Under the pieces are notes generated by a model that was given only the letters and a program-made list of their open reading frames with translations, had not been told where the DNA came from and ran no database searches. A stretch of DNA of 48,232 nt from the NCBI GenBank assembly GCA_050287845.1, contig JBNKCR010000050.1, positions 1 to 48,232 on the forward strand, written 5' to 3'. Each line of letters starts with the position of its first letter. Position 1 is the first letter of the stretch. Below, in pieces: positions 26,219 through 36,970 of this stretch. This DNA is from Polyangia bacterium. Lineage in GTDB: Bacteria > Myxococcota_A > Polyangia > JAAYKL01. A program made the position numbers and the translations under genes.

Positions 26219-28465
26219 GTGCCGACAATGAGCGATCCCAAATATCTTGATGCCATGCAGTCCATCGACGAACGCGTTGCGGATTTGCTGTCCAGAATGA
26301 CGGTTCGGGAAAAACTGGGACAGATGATTCAGCTGGATGGGACCCACGGGAATCTGCATGAAATGCTCAATTCTCTTCATGTGGGTTCACTGCTGCATAT
26401 TCAGAGTGCCCGGGCGCAGGAAGCCATTGATTTGGCATCGAGAACCAGATTGGGGATACCGCTGCTGCTGGCCGATGATTGCATTCATGGTCACGGTTTC
26501 ATGAAAGGGGCCACAGTATTTCCAACCCAGCTCGGGATGGCCTGCAGCTGGGATGTCGAACTGGTGACCCGCGTGGGCCGGATTACGGCGGAGGAAGCTT
26601 CGAGTACCGGCTTGCACTGGACATTTTCGCCGGTTCTCGATGTGGCCAGGGATCTGAGATGGGGTCGAATCGGCGAAACGTTTGGCGAAGACTTGTATCT
26701 GGCGTCCATTCTCGGGCAAGCGCTGATTAAAGGATACAATGGCACGGGGCTCAGCGATCGGACCGGGTTGCTGTCAACAGCGAAGCATTTTGCCGGATAC
26801 TGCGAGACCCAGGGCGGACGGGATGCCTCTGAGGCCGATCTCTCCAGGCGAAAGCTGCGCTCCTGGTTCTTTCCGCCTTTTGAACAGGCCGTAAAGGCGG
26901 GGTGCATGACGTTTATGACCGGATACCAGGCGATTGATGGGGTGCCCAGTACCGCCAGTTCATGGTTGCTGAAAGATGTTCTCCGCAAAGAATGGGGATT
27001 TCGGGGAGTGCTGGTGACCGACTGGGACAACGTTGGCCGCATGCATTGGGAACAGCAAATCTGCCCCACCATGAAAGAAGCCGCGACTCTTGCGGTAAAA
27101 AGTGGCAATGACATGATGATGGCCACTCCTTCGTTTATCGACGGCGCATTGGAAGCGCTTGAAGCGGGCACACTGGTTATCGGTGAAATTGACGAAATTG
27201 TCTCAAGAATTCTGGCTCTCAAATTTGAGATGGGACTGTTTGAAAACCCCCGCTGTCCCGATGCGTCCCGTCAGGCAACTGTTGTGGGATGCGAGGCACA
27301 TCGTCAGACCAACCTGACACTCGCTCGCAAATCTGTGGTGCTGCTGCAGAACAATGGCATCCTGCCCCTCAGCCCGGGTCGGTGTCACTCGATTGCGGTC
27401 GTAGGACCCAACGCCGACGATCCGGATGCGCAACTGGGTGACTGGGCTGGCGCCAGTGGTCAGGTGGTATGGCTCAGGGACGGTCATCCCAGGGACTCGG
27501 TGGTCACTGTGCTGGATGGCATGCGCACATATGAAAATGAATCATTGAAGATACATTACGAGAAAGGCGCGGAAATTGTCACCATCGATCGCGAAAAATA
27601 TGGATATTTTGACACCGGTGCATTGGTTTCCGGCGCGATGGATATTTCTTCTCCAGATGAATCGTTGCTCCAGCCCGCTATTTCTCTCGCAGAGAAATGT
27701 GATGTGACCATCGCTGTGGTGGGGGATCACTTTGCCATCGCCGGTGAAAACTGTTCCACGGCAACACTGGATTTACAGGGCGGGCAGATTGAACTGCTGA
27801 ACCGACTTGCCCGTATCGACAAGCCATTGGTGGTGGTGCTGGTGAATACCAAACCCAACGTATTGCCGGAAAGTATTTACAATGCCGCGGCAATACTGGA
27901 GGTCTTCAATCCAGGCATGCAGGGGGGACGGGCCATTGCGGAAACCCTGTTTGGCGACAATCTCCCCGAGGGAAGATTGCCGGTATCCATTCCGTATCAT
28001 GTTGGTCAGCAACCGATTTATTACCAGCAGATTCGCGGACAGCACGGAAATCGATATGCCGATTTTACCCAGCGTCCGCATTTTCCCTTCGGATTCGGGC
28101 TTTCTTACACCTCTTTTGAATACTCAGACGTTGAGCTGGAGGCGCCCGTACTGTCCGCAACGGATCAATTCCGGTGCTCGGTAACCGTGAAGAACACGGG
28201 AAAGCGACCGGGAACAGAAACCGTCCAGTTGTACATTCACGATCAGATTACCAGCGTGACCTGGGCAGAAAAAGAGTTGAAAGCATTTCAGAAGGTGGCC
28301 ATTCAACCCGGGGAAAGTGTCCGGATAACGCTCAGCTGTCCGGTACAGTCGTTCAATATTGTCAACAGCGCAGGAGAACGCGTGGTTGAACCCGGGGAAT
28401 TTATCGCCATCGTTGGCAGCTCGTCGGGAGATGCGAAGGGGTCCCGGTCATTCCGGATTGTCTGA
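26219..28465 (+). CDS. Glycoside hydrolase family 3 beta-glucosidase/xylosidase (BglX-like), no signal peptide
   Basis: EKLGQM, DCIHG, FPTQLG, RWGRIGETFGED, KHFAGY, VTDW nucleophile, SVVLLQN, FPFGFGLSYT, Fn3-like ETVQLY..KELKAFQK. Confidence 0.95.
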   Translation: MPTMSDPKYLDAMQSIDERVADLLSRMTVREKLGQMIQLDGTHGNLHEMLNSLHVGSLLHIQSARAQEAIDLASRTRLGIPLLLADDCIHGHGFMKGATVFPTQLGMACSWDVELVTRVGRITAEEASSTGLHWTFSPVLDVARDLRWGRIGETFGEDLYLASILGQALIKGYNGTGLSDRTGLLSTAKHFAGYCETQGGRDASEADLSRRKLRSWFFPPFEQAVKAGCMTFMTGYQAIDGVPSTASSWLLKDVLRKEWGFRGVLVTDWDNVGRMHWEQQICPTMKEAATLAVKSGNDMMMATPSFIDGALEALEAGTLVIGEIDEIVSRILALKFEMGLFENPRCPDASRQATVVGCEAHRQTNLTLARKSVVLLQNNGILPLSPGRCHSIAVVGPNADDPDAQLGDWAGASGQVVWLRDGHPRDSVVTVLDGMRTYENESLKIHYEKGAEIVTIDREKYGYFDTGALVSGAMDISSPDESLLQPAISLAEKCDVTIAVVGDHFAIAGENCSTATLDLQGGQIELLNRLARIDKPLVVVLVNTKPNVLPESIYNAAAILEVFNPGMQGGRAIAETLFGDNLPEGRLPVSIPYHVGQQPIYYQQIRGQHGNRYADFTQRPHFPFGFGLSYTSFEYSDVELEAPVLSATDQFRCSVTVKNTGKRPGTETVQLYIHDQITSVTWAEKELKAFQKVAIQPGESVRITLSCPVQSFNIVNSAGERVVEPGEFIAIVGSSSGDAKGSRSFRIV

Positions 28466-30250
28466 CCCGCTCCCGGCCTTCCTGAGGGATTTCGAAATGG
28501 CCATCAGCAATTCGTCCGCGCTGAACGGCTTGGGGAGAAAACTGGCGCTTTCCTTCAACTGATGGGTTCTGGAAAATGCATCTTCAGTGTATCCCGACAT
28601 GAACAGCACCGGCATGGTGGGATGACTGCCATGAATCAGATCGGCAAGCGCTTCGCCTGTAATCCCGGTCATGATGACGTCTGTGAGCACCAGATTAATG
28701 GGAACAGTGGCATTGTTGAACAGCTCAATGGCTTCTTCTCCGTTTTCTGCAGCAAGCACATTGTAATTCTGACGTTTAAGAATCCGCGTCACACTGGTCC
28801 GCACCATCTCCTCATCTTCCACCAGAAGTATGGTTTGTCGACTTCCCGGAATCACACTGAACGGTGCCGTATTTCCAGAAACGGACTCAAACACCCTGGG
28901 CAATACAATTCGAATCGCTGTCCCGCTTCCCAGTGTGGATTGGGCGTCGATGTGTCCATTTGCCTGGCGAACCACACCATATACACTCGAAAGGCCCAGC
29001 CCGAAGGCATGGGAATCGTGTTTGGTTGTAAAAAAGGGGTCGAATATCTTTTCAATATGTTCCGGTGGAATGCCATTACCTGTATCGGCCATCGTTATCA
29101 TCACGTGGGGGCCTTCTTTGAGGTCCGGAAACTGCCCTGCATTCTTTTCTGTGATATCCATGTTTTCCGATTGAATAACGAGGGTGCCGCCATCGGTCAT
29201 GGCTTCCCTGGCATTGACGGCCAGATTCAGCAGAATCTGCTTCATCAGCGACGAGTCCGCTCGTATATTGCCGGGGGATGAACACAGCTTCAGCTGCAAA
29301 TCGATTCTGGGCCCGATGGCTGTTTCAATATCGTTCCTGGCGTCACTGATCATCGCGTTCACGTTCAGAATCTTCGGGCGGACCACCTGTTTTCGACCGA
29401 ATGTCAACAGCTGGCTCGTGAGGCTTGATGCATCTCTGGCGGCCCCGATAATTTTATCCACATCATGCTGCCCGGATGGGTTGTCCCGCAGCTCTTCCTT
29501 GAGAAACTGTGCATAGGTCAGAATCCCGGTGAGCAGATTATTGAAATCATGGGCCACCCCACCTGCCAATCTACCAAGACTTTCGAGTCGCCGGGTTGAT
29601 TCTATCTGCTTCTGAAGTTTCCGGGTCTGGGCCTGACTCTGACGGGTAGTCTCTTTCAGGGCCTTTTCATTGTGGATATACGCATCAATTTTTCGGGATG
29701 ATATGGAAAGAAACACATACGCACCGGAGAGGGCCAGCGCGACCTTGAAAAAAGCGATGAGCGCATCTGACACCGGAGGCATGGAAGTGGCCATATGAAG
29801 TCCGGAGTGCCACGGAATGGTCTCGGTCTGTTCCAGCAGCAGGACAATCCCGTACCCCAGAATACTGAATATCAGTGATGTTCGTCTGGCGACAGCGGGT
29901 TCCTGTACATGGTAGGCAATCATGACCACCATGTAATAGATGGCAATCCCCGATGTGATACTGCCAAAGAGATGGACGACATAGCTGATGAACAGCGCAT
30001 CTATAACGGCGCGCAGACTGGCGCTGGCCAATCCCGGAATGGGTACCTTGTTTCTGAACAGAATAAGCGCAGCCAGCAGGGCATAAATTGCCATCGGCAT
30101 CCAGTATCCCGGTTCAGAACGATGCGCGTAAGCGATGTAAACGGTCCAGATGGAAACAAGAGCAAAACGGATGATATCCCCCCAGATGACATTCCGCAGT
30201 GGCTTCCTGACCAATTCATCATTATCATTATGTTCATGTAAAAATGACAT
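28448..30250 (-). CDS. Membrane-bound hybrid histidine kinase (multi-TM - HisKA - HATPase - REC)
   Basis: About six N-terminal TM helices; LGRLAGGVAHDFNNLL, NLAVNAREAM, FDPFFTTK, VEDE..LTDVIM..KPF. Confidence 0.93.
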   Translation of the reverse strand: MSFLHEHNDNDELVRKPLRNVIWGDIIRFALVSIWTVYIAYAHRSEPGYWMPMAIYALLAALILFRNKVPIPGLASASLRAVIDALFISYVVHLFGSITSGIAIYYMVVMIAYHVQEPAVARRTSLIFSILGYGIVLLLEQTETIPWHSGLHMATSMPPVSDALIAFFKVALALSGAYVFLSISSRKIDAYIHNEKALKETTRQSQAQTRKLQKQIESTRRLESLGRLAGGVAHDFNNLLTGILTYAQFLKEELRDNPSGQHDVDKIIGAARDASSLTSQLLTFGRKQVVRPKILNVNAMISDARNDIETAIGPRIDLQLKLCSSPGNIRADSSLMKQILLNLAVNAREAMTDGGTLVIQSENMDITEKNAGQFPDLKEGPHVMITMADTGNGIPPEHIEKIFDPFFTTKHDSHAFGLGLSSVYGVVRQANGHIDAQSTLGSGTAIRIVLPRVFESVSGNTAPFSVIPGSRQTILLVEDEEMVRTSVTRILKRQNYNVLAAENGEEAIELFNNATVPINLVLTDVIMTGITGEALADLIHGSHPTMPVLFMSGYTEDAFSRTHQLKESASFLPKPFSADELLMAISKSLRKAGSGSDNPE

Positions 30251-30798
30251 TCAGGAAATTAAAGTACATTATTAATAAATGCCGCGCAATAAAAGCAGAC
30301 CTGAATTTCACATATGCAATTCTATCCATTTTTTCCATGGGAGGCAGAGAGTGCCTGTGACGCCTTCTTTGTTCAGTATTCTGTGCAGGTCCATTATTTG
30401 ATACAATGTGCAATGGCGTAATTTAACAAACAGGAGCTAACCACCCGCATTTGATTATAAATCGGGGAGAAGTCCATTAATCTACTCAATATATTCGGAT
30501 GGCATGTTGGCTGAACCGATAAACAGTGATTCGATTCTACTCGCGCAGGCATTGAATCATTATCATTTTCAATATTATTGTATTGCGACACATGTGCCGC
30601 TTCGGATTCATCCCCGTTACAATTCGCTTTACATTCATGCCTGTATTGATGAGAATTCAACCGAGTGAATTCCCGGAGAAATGACCGAATGGTAAATTTA
30701 CTGATTCGGCCAGGGAAGGCTCACTGATATATCTGAAAGTAATTTCACCTGTAAATAATTTGGAAAGATGAGTTCCATTGGTCAGCGAGTAAGTTGGA

Positions 30799-32202
30799 AT
30801 GGTTGAAGTTGAAGAAGAGAACCTGGTGAGAGATCCCATTTACATGGCGCATATCGTGTATCCGGCAAAATCCGTGTGGGCGGTATTCTGGTTCGCCATT
30901 CTGGGCGTATCTGCATTCCTCGGGAATATTTATTATCTGGGCAACCAGTGGCAACCGCAAAGACCGACGTCAACCACCCCGGCAGTACTGGCTCCCACCA
31001 GTGCCCCATCGATGGAAAGTGACGCGGAGTATCTGTTCAAATCAGAACGGATTACCGAACCGCATCAGAAAATTGAATTCGCCAATCCGGCGGACATCGC
31101 AGATTTCGCGCTCGCATTGAGAGATCTGGCCTATGGTCGCAGACACGAACCGGTACGCATTCTCCACTACGGAGATTCTATACTGACCACGGATGAGCTT
31201 TCCGGACGAGTCCGGTATGTGTTTCAGCGAAAGTTCGGCGATGCCGGGCATGGTTTCGTCCTTCTGGCCAAACCCTGGCAATGGTACCACCATCTGGGGG
31301 TCGAGCAGGGGGGAACCCTCGATAAGTGGAATATTCGCCCGTTCACTTCGGCGCCGCTCAAGGACGGTATCTACGGTCTGGGCGGCGTTGCCTTTGTCCC
31401 GCAACGGGGAAAAAACGCCAAAGCATGGGTTCAGACCGCCTCCGAAGGCGACCAGGGCCGGGTGGTGGAAACCTTTGATGTCTCCTATCTGGAACAACCC
31501 GGTGGTGGCAGTTTTGATGTATATGTCGGTAATTCAGAGCGGCGTACCATACAAACGGATGGTTCACAGAAACAGATACGCCACGTTCAGGTAAAAGTAA
31601 AACTGGGCAGTTCCCGTCTGCGGGTTGTTTCCAACAATGATGGCCCGCTCCGGCTGTTCGGTGTCATCATGGAAACCGGTGAACCCGGGGTTGTTTACGA
31701 CAGCCTGGCCATCAACGGCGCCCGGGCAACGGCTCTGGCCCGATTTGATTCGGAGCACTGGACCAGAGAACTGCAGTATCGGCACCCGTCTCTCATCATA
31801 CTGATGATGGGCGCCAACGAGGGCGCAAATAAATTTCTCAACCTGAAACAGTATCGCTCTGATTTTTCCGCAATCCTCAGGACAGTGAAATCCGCGCGAG
31901 ATGATGCCTCGTGTCTGGTGGTCGGCCCGCTGGATCAGGCGATGAAAAAGACCACCGGAGGGCTGGGATCCAAAAAAATGCCCGCAAAACTCAGTCGGGT
32001 GCAGCGGGAAGTGGCCTTTGAATCGGGCTGTGCTTTCTTCAACACATATGAGGCCATGGGTGGAGAAGGCAGCATGGCCAAATGGATGACCACAGGTCTC
32101 GGGGGCGGAGATTTTATCCACCCGACCAAAAATGGTGCGCAAACGCTGGGGAACTGGCTGGCGGAAGCGTTGCTTCATGCATACCAGTCATACGGTAAAT
32201 AA
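30799..32202 (+). CDS. GDSL/SGNH hydrolase-family protein (peptidoglycan O-acetyl esterase/transferase-like), membrane-anchored
   Basis: RILHYGDS, FGDAGHGF, INGAR, MGANE, GDFIHPT (SGNH blocks I, II, III, V); N-terminal TM. The start is uncertain. Confidence 0.85.
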   Translation: MVEVEEENLVRDPIYMAHIVYPAKSVWAVFWFAILGVSAFLGNIYYLGNQWQPQRPTSTTPAVLAPTSAPSMESDAEYLFKSERITEPHQKIEFANPADIADFALALRDLAYGRRHEPVRILHYGDSILTTDELSGRVRYVFQRKFGDAGHGFVLLAKPWQWYHHLGVEQGGTLDKWNIRPFTSAPLKDGIYGLGGVAFVPQRGKNAKAWVQTASEGDQGRVVETFDVSYLEQPGGGSFDVYVGNSERRTIQTDGSQKQIRHVQVKVKLGSSRLRVVSNNDGPLRLFGVIMETGEPGVVYDSLAINGARATALARFDSEHWTRELQYRHPSLIILMMGANEGANKFLNLKQYRSDFSAILRTVKSARDDASCLVVGPLDQAMKKTTGGLGSKKMPAKLSRVQREVAFESGCAFFNTYEAMGGEGSMAKWMTTGLGGGDFIHPTKNGAQTLGNWLAEALLHAYQSYGK

Positions 32203-32225
32203 AATATACAGAACAGGGGGATATT

Positions 32226-33179
32226 ATGAGATTTCGCTGTCCACGCTGTCATACGGGTTACGAGCTGCCATGGGAAGACCTTCCCACTCCGGGAGATGAA
32301 AAAACACCCTATAAGCTGAAGTGCGTGAGATGCAAATGCATTTTCATGATGACGGTGGAGCTGGTCTCTGCATCCATGCAGGAGACCGCAGAACAGAGCG
32401 AAAAAGACGTATATTACGAACTGATAAGCCCCGGCGCCACCACCGATGAGGAACCGCAAAAAGCAGTACAGGGCGAATCAACCCGGAAAATCAGATATGC
32501 GGTCGGCCCGGCGACGGATGTGACAACCGGAAACGGTCCGGTGGTTTCAGAGACATCCTCCTGGGAAACGGACAATACCCTGGACCTTTCCGATTACGAA
32601 ATTGGCGCATTCAAGCGCGCCGCATTTATCAAATCAATGGTCTGGGGATCCGTTGCGGTTGTGTTTATCGGGTTTGTGTTGTTTGTTGCATATCGAAATG
32701 ACTGGTCCATTTCCATCAATCAGCTGAATCGCGATATCAAGCGCGCGTTTTCGATGCAGACCAAAGAAGATATCAGCAGGGACCTGGTTCAGCAGATGAC
32801 CATCACGCCGGGAAAGGGATATACGCTGAAAGTGGCCCGGGGTGCCACGGTTGGGGTTATCAGCGGAGAAATCCAGAACAATACCACATCAGATGTTTCC
32901 CATGTCCTGCTGGAGGGAAGAATCGTGGATTCCGCAGAAAACATTGTGGGGACGGTGATTGTGCCCTGCGGTGTCAAACCGGCCGACCAGCGATTGCGGA
33001 AGGTTCGCGCCGCCAGAATTCCGAACATATATCTGAAAAAAGGCGTTGTGAGGAACTGCAGCATCAGAAGTGGATACAGCAAATCGTTCAAGGTAATATT
33101 CCACCAAATGCCCAGAAATTCAGCTTCCACATTCACGTTCAGGGTTGTGCCTCATTCCGCGGAACCGGAGTCTATCTGA
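32226..33179 (+). CDS. MJ0042-type zinc-ribbon / DUF3426-like bitopic protein
   Basis: MRFRCPRCHTGY...LKCVRCKCIF; acidic linker; TM; periplasmic beta domain VISGEIQN. Confidence 0.8.
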   Translation: MRFRCPRCHTGYELPWEDLPTPGDEKTPYKLKCVRCKCIFMMTVELVSASMQETAEQSEKDVYYELISPGATTDEEPQKAVQGESTRKIRYAVGPATDVTTGNGPVVSETSSWETDNTLDLSDYEIGAFKRAAFIKSMVWGSVAVVFIGFVLFVAYRNDWSISINQLNRDIKRAFSMQTKEDISRDLVQQMTITPGKGYTLKVARGATVGVISGEIQNNTTSDVSHVLLEGRIVDSAENIVGTVIVPCGVKPADQRLRKVRAARIPNIYLKKGVVRNCSIRSGYSKSFKVIFHQMPRNSASTFTFRVVPHSAEPESI

Positions 33180-33238
33180 CTGCTCTCGGCAAGTCGATAT
33201 GATTCCGGACACCCGGATGAAATGTGAATCCGGAGCCA

Positions 33239-33266
33239 ATGAGTCAAATTGCATGAGTCAAATTGC
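33239..33266 (+). repeat. 14-bp tandem direct repeat upstream of the sensor-kinase operon
   Basis: ATGAGTCAAATTGC x2. Confidence 0.7.
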
Positions 33267-33396
33267 ACTGACCGGAATCAAAATACACTTGGACCCTTGG
33301 ATTGATCTTTATATATGTCATAGTAAAATTACTTTATGTTAAAAATATGAACTTCCATCAGAAATTATTTTATCGTTATGGAGTTGTTCTGACCTC

Positions 33397-35229
33397 ATGA
33401 AAATTCGCACCAAGATTCTCCTGTTGTTGATACTGGGCGCCATTGTTCCGCTATCCGTGAGCTATCTATTTGCAGATCAGATTCTGGTAGACGATTTTTC
33501 CAAAAATGTTCGGGAAAGCGCCATCAACGAAACAGAACAGCTTTCGGGGCGAACCAATGATCGCATCAGCTGGATGCTGGAGGTGGTGACGATGGTGGTG
33601 GATGCGGTACCCTTTGAAAATTTTGAAGCGCAGAGTTTACCGCAAGCATTGAGCATCGCCTACAATCAACTGTCGTTTGCCACCGTGGTCGCACTGCTGG
33701 ATTCAAAAGGGAAAGCTGTTGTGAAACCCTATCGGCCAACCAGAGAACTCGCAGCGCATCTGAAGCGGCCCTGGGTCAGCGATGCTGAATTGAACGAATT
33801 TGCAGGTAGCGTCCCCATGAGCGCGGCGCAGAAAGCAGAGCTTGCCATGGGGCCAGTGTACAGCGCGGCAACTGGAGACCCCCGGGTGGTCATTACGAAA
33901 TCCGTGGTTGCGGATGAAAACCGCCACTGGGTACTGGCCATTGGCGTATCGCTGAATGATCTGTGCATGGTCATGGATCAGGCTGGCACCGGCACCGCCT
34001 ACAGCTCAGAAACAGTGTTGGCGGATGGCCGGGGGACGTTTATCTGCGGCGGCACTGCATTTCAGAGGGACTTTGTTGCCTCAAAGATGCAGATGCCCCT
34101 CAAACAGAGAAGCATCACCGAACATGAGGATGAGGTGGGGGGATATTTTCTGATTCAGGAACAGATTCCGTTAACCGGGTGGCGGCTTTTTTATCGATTT
34201 TCGAGAGAGGCGGCATTGAAGCGTTTTTATCAGATCCGAAAAGCACTTCTTCTCTGGATGCTGATCTGTCTGGCGGCGGTAATCGGGGGAACGGTGATTC
34301 TGGCCCGGGGAATTACTGCGCCGATTGCCCAGCTGGTGGATGTTTCCAAACAGGTGGCCGATGGGAATTACAACCGGAAGATTGAAGTGATTACCCGGGA
34401 CGAGATTGGTGAATTGTCGATAACGTTCAACACGATGGTGGACGAAATTCATACATGGAACAGGGAACTCCACAATCGGGTGGAGGAGAAGACAAAAGCC
34501 CTCAAGGAAGCCCAGGAACAGATCATCAAGACTCAGAAACTCGCTGCCCTTGGCGAACTGGGCGCTGGGGTTGCCCACGAAATCAATAATCCATTGACCG
34601 GTGTGGTGGGAAATGCGCAGTTTCTGCTCCAGGAATTGGAGCACGATCCCACATATCGAAAGATACTGACCGATGTTGTCAATAACTCCCGACGCGTGGC
34701 GCAGGTGGTGGACGATTTACTGCGATTCTCGCAGGCGCAATGGGGAGAACGCATGTTGCCGGTGTCTCTGGAGAAAATCCTGGTTCGTTCCGTGGATTTC
34801 TACCTGGAGAGGTTCAAGGAAAAGGGCGTGGAAATCGCGTGGAAGTATAAGGATGAAGACATCATCGTGAACGGTATCGAACGGGACCTTCAGCTGGTGA
34901 CGACATCGTTGCTCGACAACGCGCTCAAAGCGGTGGAATCCAAATCTGGCGGCCAAATTCTGTTCACCGTCCGCAAAATCGAAGCGGGAGCCGTACAGTT
35001 GATCATCGAAGACAATGGGTGCGGTATGGACGAAGCCACGCGGATCAAGGCTGTCGATCCGTTTTTCACCACACAACCACCCGGAAGTGGAAGCCGGGGG
35101 ATTGGTCTGACAACGGTTCAAAGAATCGTTGATGAACACGAGGCAAAAATGACTATAGAATCCACTCCGGGGCGTGGTACACTCGTAAGCATCTATTTTG
35201 CTTCGCAGGTTAGTGTATCTAAATCTTAG
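33397..35229 (+). CDS. Sensor histidine kinase (TM - Cache-like - TM - HAMP - HisKA - HATPase)
   Basis: Two TMs; ITAPIAQL..DEIGELSITFN (HAMP); LGELGAGVAHEINNPL; DNGCGM; GIGL. Confidence 0.93.
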   Translation: MKIRTKILLLLILGAIVPLSVSYLFADQILVDDFSKNVRESAINETEQLSGRTNDRISWMLEVVTMVVDAVPFENFEAQSLPQALSIAYNQLSFATVVALLDSKGKAVVKPYRPTRELAAHLKRPWVSDAELNEFAGSVPMSAAQKAELAMGPVYSAATGDPRVVITKSVVADENRHWVLAIGVSLNDLCMVMDQAGTGTAYSSETVLADGRGTFICGGTAFQRDFVASKMQMPLKQRSITEHEDEVGGYFLIQEQIPLTGWRLFYRFSREAALKRFYQIRKALLLWMLICLAAVIGGTVILARGITAPIAQLVDVSKQVADGNYNRKIEVITRDEIGELSITFNTMVDEIHTWNRELHNRVEEKTKALKEAQEQIIKTQKLAALGELGAGVAHEINNPLTGVVGNAQFLLQELEHDPTYRKILTDVVNNSRRVAQVVDDLLRFSQAQWGERMLPVSLEKILVRSVDFYLERFKEKGVEIAWKYKDEDIIVNGIERDLQLVTTSLLDNALKAVESKSGGQILFTVRKIEAGAVQLIIEDNGCGMDEATRIKAVDPFFTTQPPGSGSRGIGLTTVQRIVDEHEAKMTIESTPGRGTLVSIYFASQVSVSKS

Positions 35230-35251
35230 GCGGAAGTTCGCGGAGGAAACG

Positions 35252-36025
35252 TTGAGCAATATTTTCAATATTCTTGGCCAACTGTCAGATGAAGATAACG
35301 AGCGACTTCTGAAAGTGGCACGCTTTGCGGAGCTGGGAATCAGCGCTTCTGCAGTGATTCACGAAATCCGACAACCGATGACTGCATTGTCCATGACATT
35401 GCAGATGATCCTGGATGGCGTGAAGAACCGGTCCAATGACGTGGAACTGAATGTCCATGAAGCATTGAAACTGGTGTCACGAACCGAGCGATTGATTGAG
35501 CGTGCACGGGATTTCATGAGCCCCTCCACGGATGTCGTTGAGGTGGATTTGGTTAAAAGCATCACTAAAGTGCTTTCGGCTTTTCAATGGCAGCTTGGAA
35601 ATCGCCCGGTAATTCATCTTAAAGCGTATGTTCCGGAACACCTCCCCACGGTTGTCGCCGATGAAACGCAAATCGAACAGATGCTGGCCAATCTGGTTTC
35701 CAACAGCATCGATGCAGTAGAAAGCCAGCCTGAAGCAACGATTCTGGTGGCTGCCCATGCCCACAACAATACACACGTCGAATTCATCGTCGCCGACAAC
35801 GGTTGCGGCATGAGCGAGGAAGTGAAAGAAAAGGCGTTTGAACCATTCTTTTCGACCAAAGGGGATTCTCACGGCACCGGGCTGGGACTGTTTATTGTGA
35901 TGCAAATTGTCTCCAGATACGAAGGAAATGTTCGGCTGCTTACTGATGAAGAATTAATAAAATTGGATGCGGATCATTTGAAAACTGGTATTTCCATCAG
36001 CTTGCCCAGGGGATACTGTCAATGA
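35252..36025 (+). CDS. Sensor-less cytoplasmic histidine kinase (HisKA-HATPase)
   Basis: VIHEIRQPM, NLVSNSIDA, DNGCGM, FEPFFSTK, GTGLGL. TTG 35252 has a GGAGG RBS. Confidence 0.88.
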   Translation: MSNIFNILGQLSDEDNERLLKVARFAELGISASAVIHEIRQPMTALSMTLQMILDGVKNRSNDVELNVHEALKLVSRTERLIERARDFMSPSTDVVEVDLVKSITKVLSAFQWQLGNRPVIHLKAYVPEHLPTVVADETQIEQMLANLVSNSIDAVESQPEATILVAAHAHNNTHVEFIVADNGCGMSEEVKEKAFEPFFSTKGDSHGTGLGLFIVMQIVSRYEGNVRLLTDEELIKLDADHLKTGISISLPRGYCQ

Positions 36026-36966
36026 AAAAGCGGATTCTGATATTTGTGGTGCTGATTCTGATGCTGATTGCGATCGGTATTTTATTTACCCGGCACATGA
36101 ATTCAGATTTGGAACCGCCTGTGTCAGTCAGTTCGTCTGCCGATAATGCGACACCTGAAGTGGCGACCGAGAATCCGGCGGAACACATCAGCGTCCTGAA
36201 TGTAAACGGGGTTGCGGAGAAAAAATCAAGCGCTGATGGTAGATGGTCGCCAATGACCGAAGGGGACCGGCTGAATGTGGACGATTCTGTCCGCACCCGG
36301 AATGAGTCGTCTGTTATCCTCGGTCTGGGAGAGGCATCCACCATTGAGTTGAATAATGCATCTGAAATCGAAGTAAGAGAATTGTCCGGGGCCATCCAGC
36401 GCCTGGGACTCATTCGCGGTCGTGCCAGCGTGGATTACGGCGAAAACGGCGAACGGGTGCTGAATATCGAAAATAGCGATGGCACCGTGGTTGCAAAAGT
36501 GGATGATGGCAAGTTTTCGATTTTGAATAACGGTCAAGTGGTCGTTGTGGCCACCGAAACCGGTTCGGTGGATTTAAGCGCAGAAGGGCAGAGTGTCAAG
36601 GTGACCGGCGGTATGGAATCTGTCGTAGAAAAAGGCAGGGCGCCCGTTACCCCGTATGCGATTTCGACAGAAGCCTATCTGAAGCTGTCCACAGGCGCAT
36701 GCCGCAAACAGAGCGATACATTGGCCATCGTGCGCGGAACAATTTCCGCCGGGACTGAAGTCTTTGTCAATGATTCCCACGTTGAACCCAACGAGGATGG
36801 CAGTTTCATGGCCCGCGTATGGCTGGCTGCCAACACTCGTAAAGTTCATTTGAAAACGGTTGATATCTGGGGTAGTACAAGAGAACAGACGTTAACTTGT
36901 CTTGAGCCAAGAAATACTGCCTCAATAAAAAAAGTGGTCATCGACTGGGGAAAAAAGGGAGAGTAA
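36022..36966 (+). CDS. FecR-domain protein with a C-terminal Ig-like domain
   Basis: N-terminal TM; W.PMTEGDRL..DDSVRT..S...L.L...STIEL...SEI; L..GR; VATETGSVDL; C-terminal VFVN...V.PNEDGSF. Confidence 0.8.
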   Translation: MKKRILIFVVLILMLIAIGILFTRHMNSDLEPPVSVSSSADNATPEVATENPAEHISVLNVNGVAEKKSSADGRWSPMTEGDRLNVDDSVRTRNESSVILGLGEASTIELNNASEIEVRELSGAIQRLGLIRGRASVDYGENGERVLNIENSDGTVVAKVDDGKFSILNNGQVVVVATETGSVDLSAEGQSVKVTGGMESVVEKGRAPVTPYAISTEAYLKLSTGACRKQSDTLAIVRGTISAGTEVFVNDSHVEPNEDGSFMARVWLAANTRKVHLKTVDIWGSTREQTLTCLEPRNTASIKKVVIDWGKKGE

Positions 36967-36970
36967 CGAA

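Noticed and set aside
30251..30798. Long intergenic region as a riboswitch or small ORF (30394-30660)
   Set aside because: No recognisable riboswitch consensus, and the ORF lacks an RBS and protein-like features; treated as a divergent promoter region.
33317..33344. dif-like site (TTATGTTAAA XerD arm)
   Set aside because: The left arm (GTCATAGTAAA) lacks the XerC-type ..ATAA symmetry; most likely an AT-rich promoter sequence.
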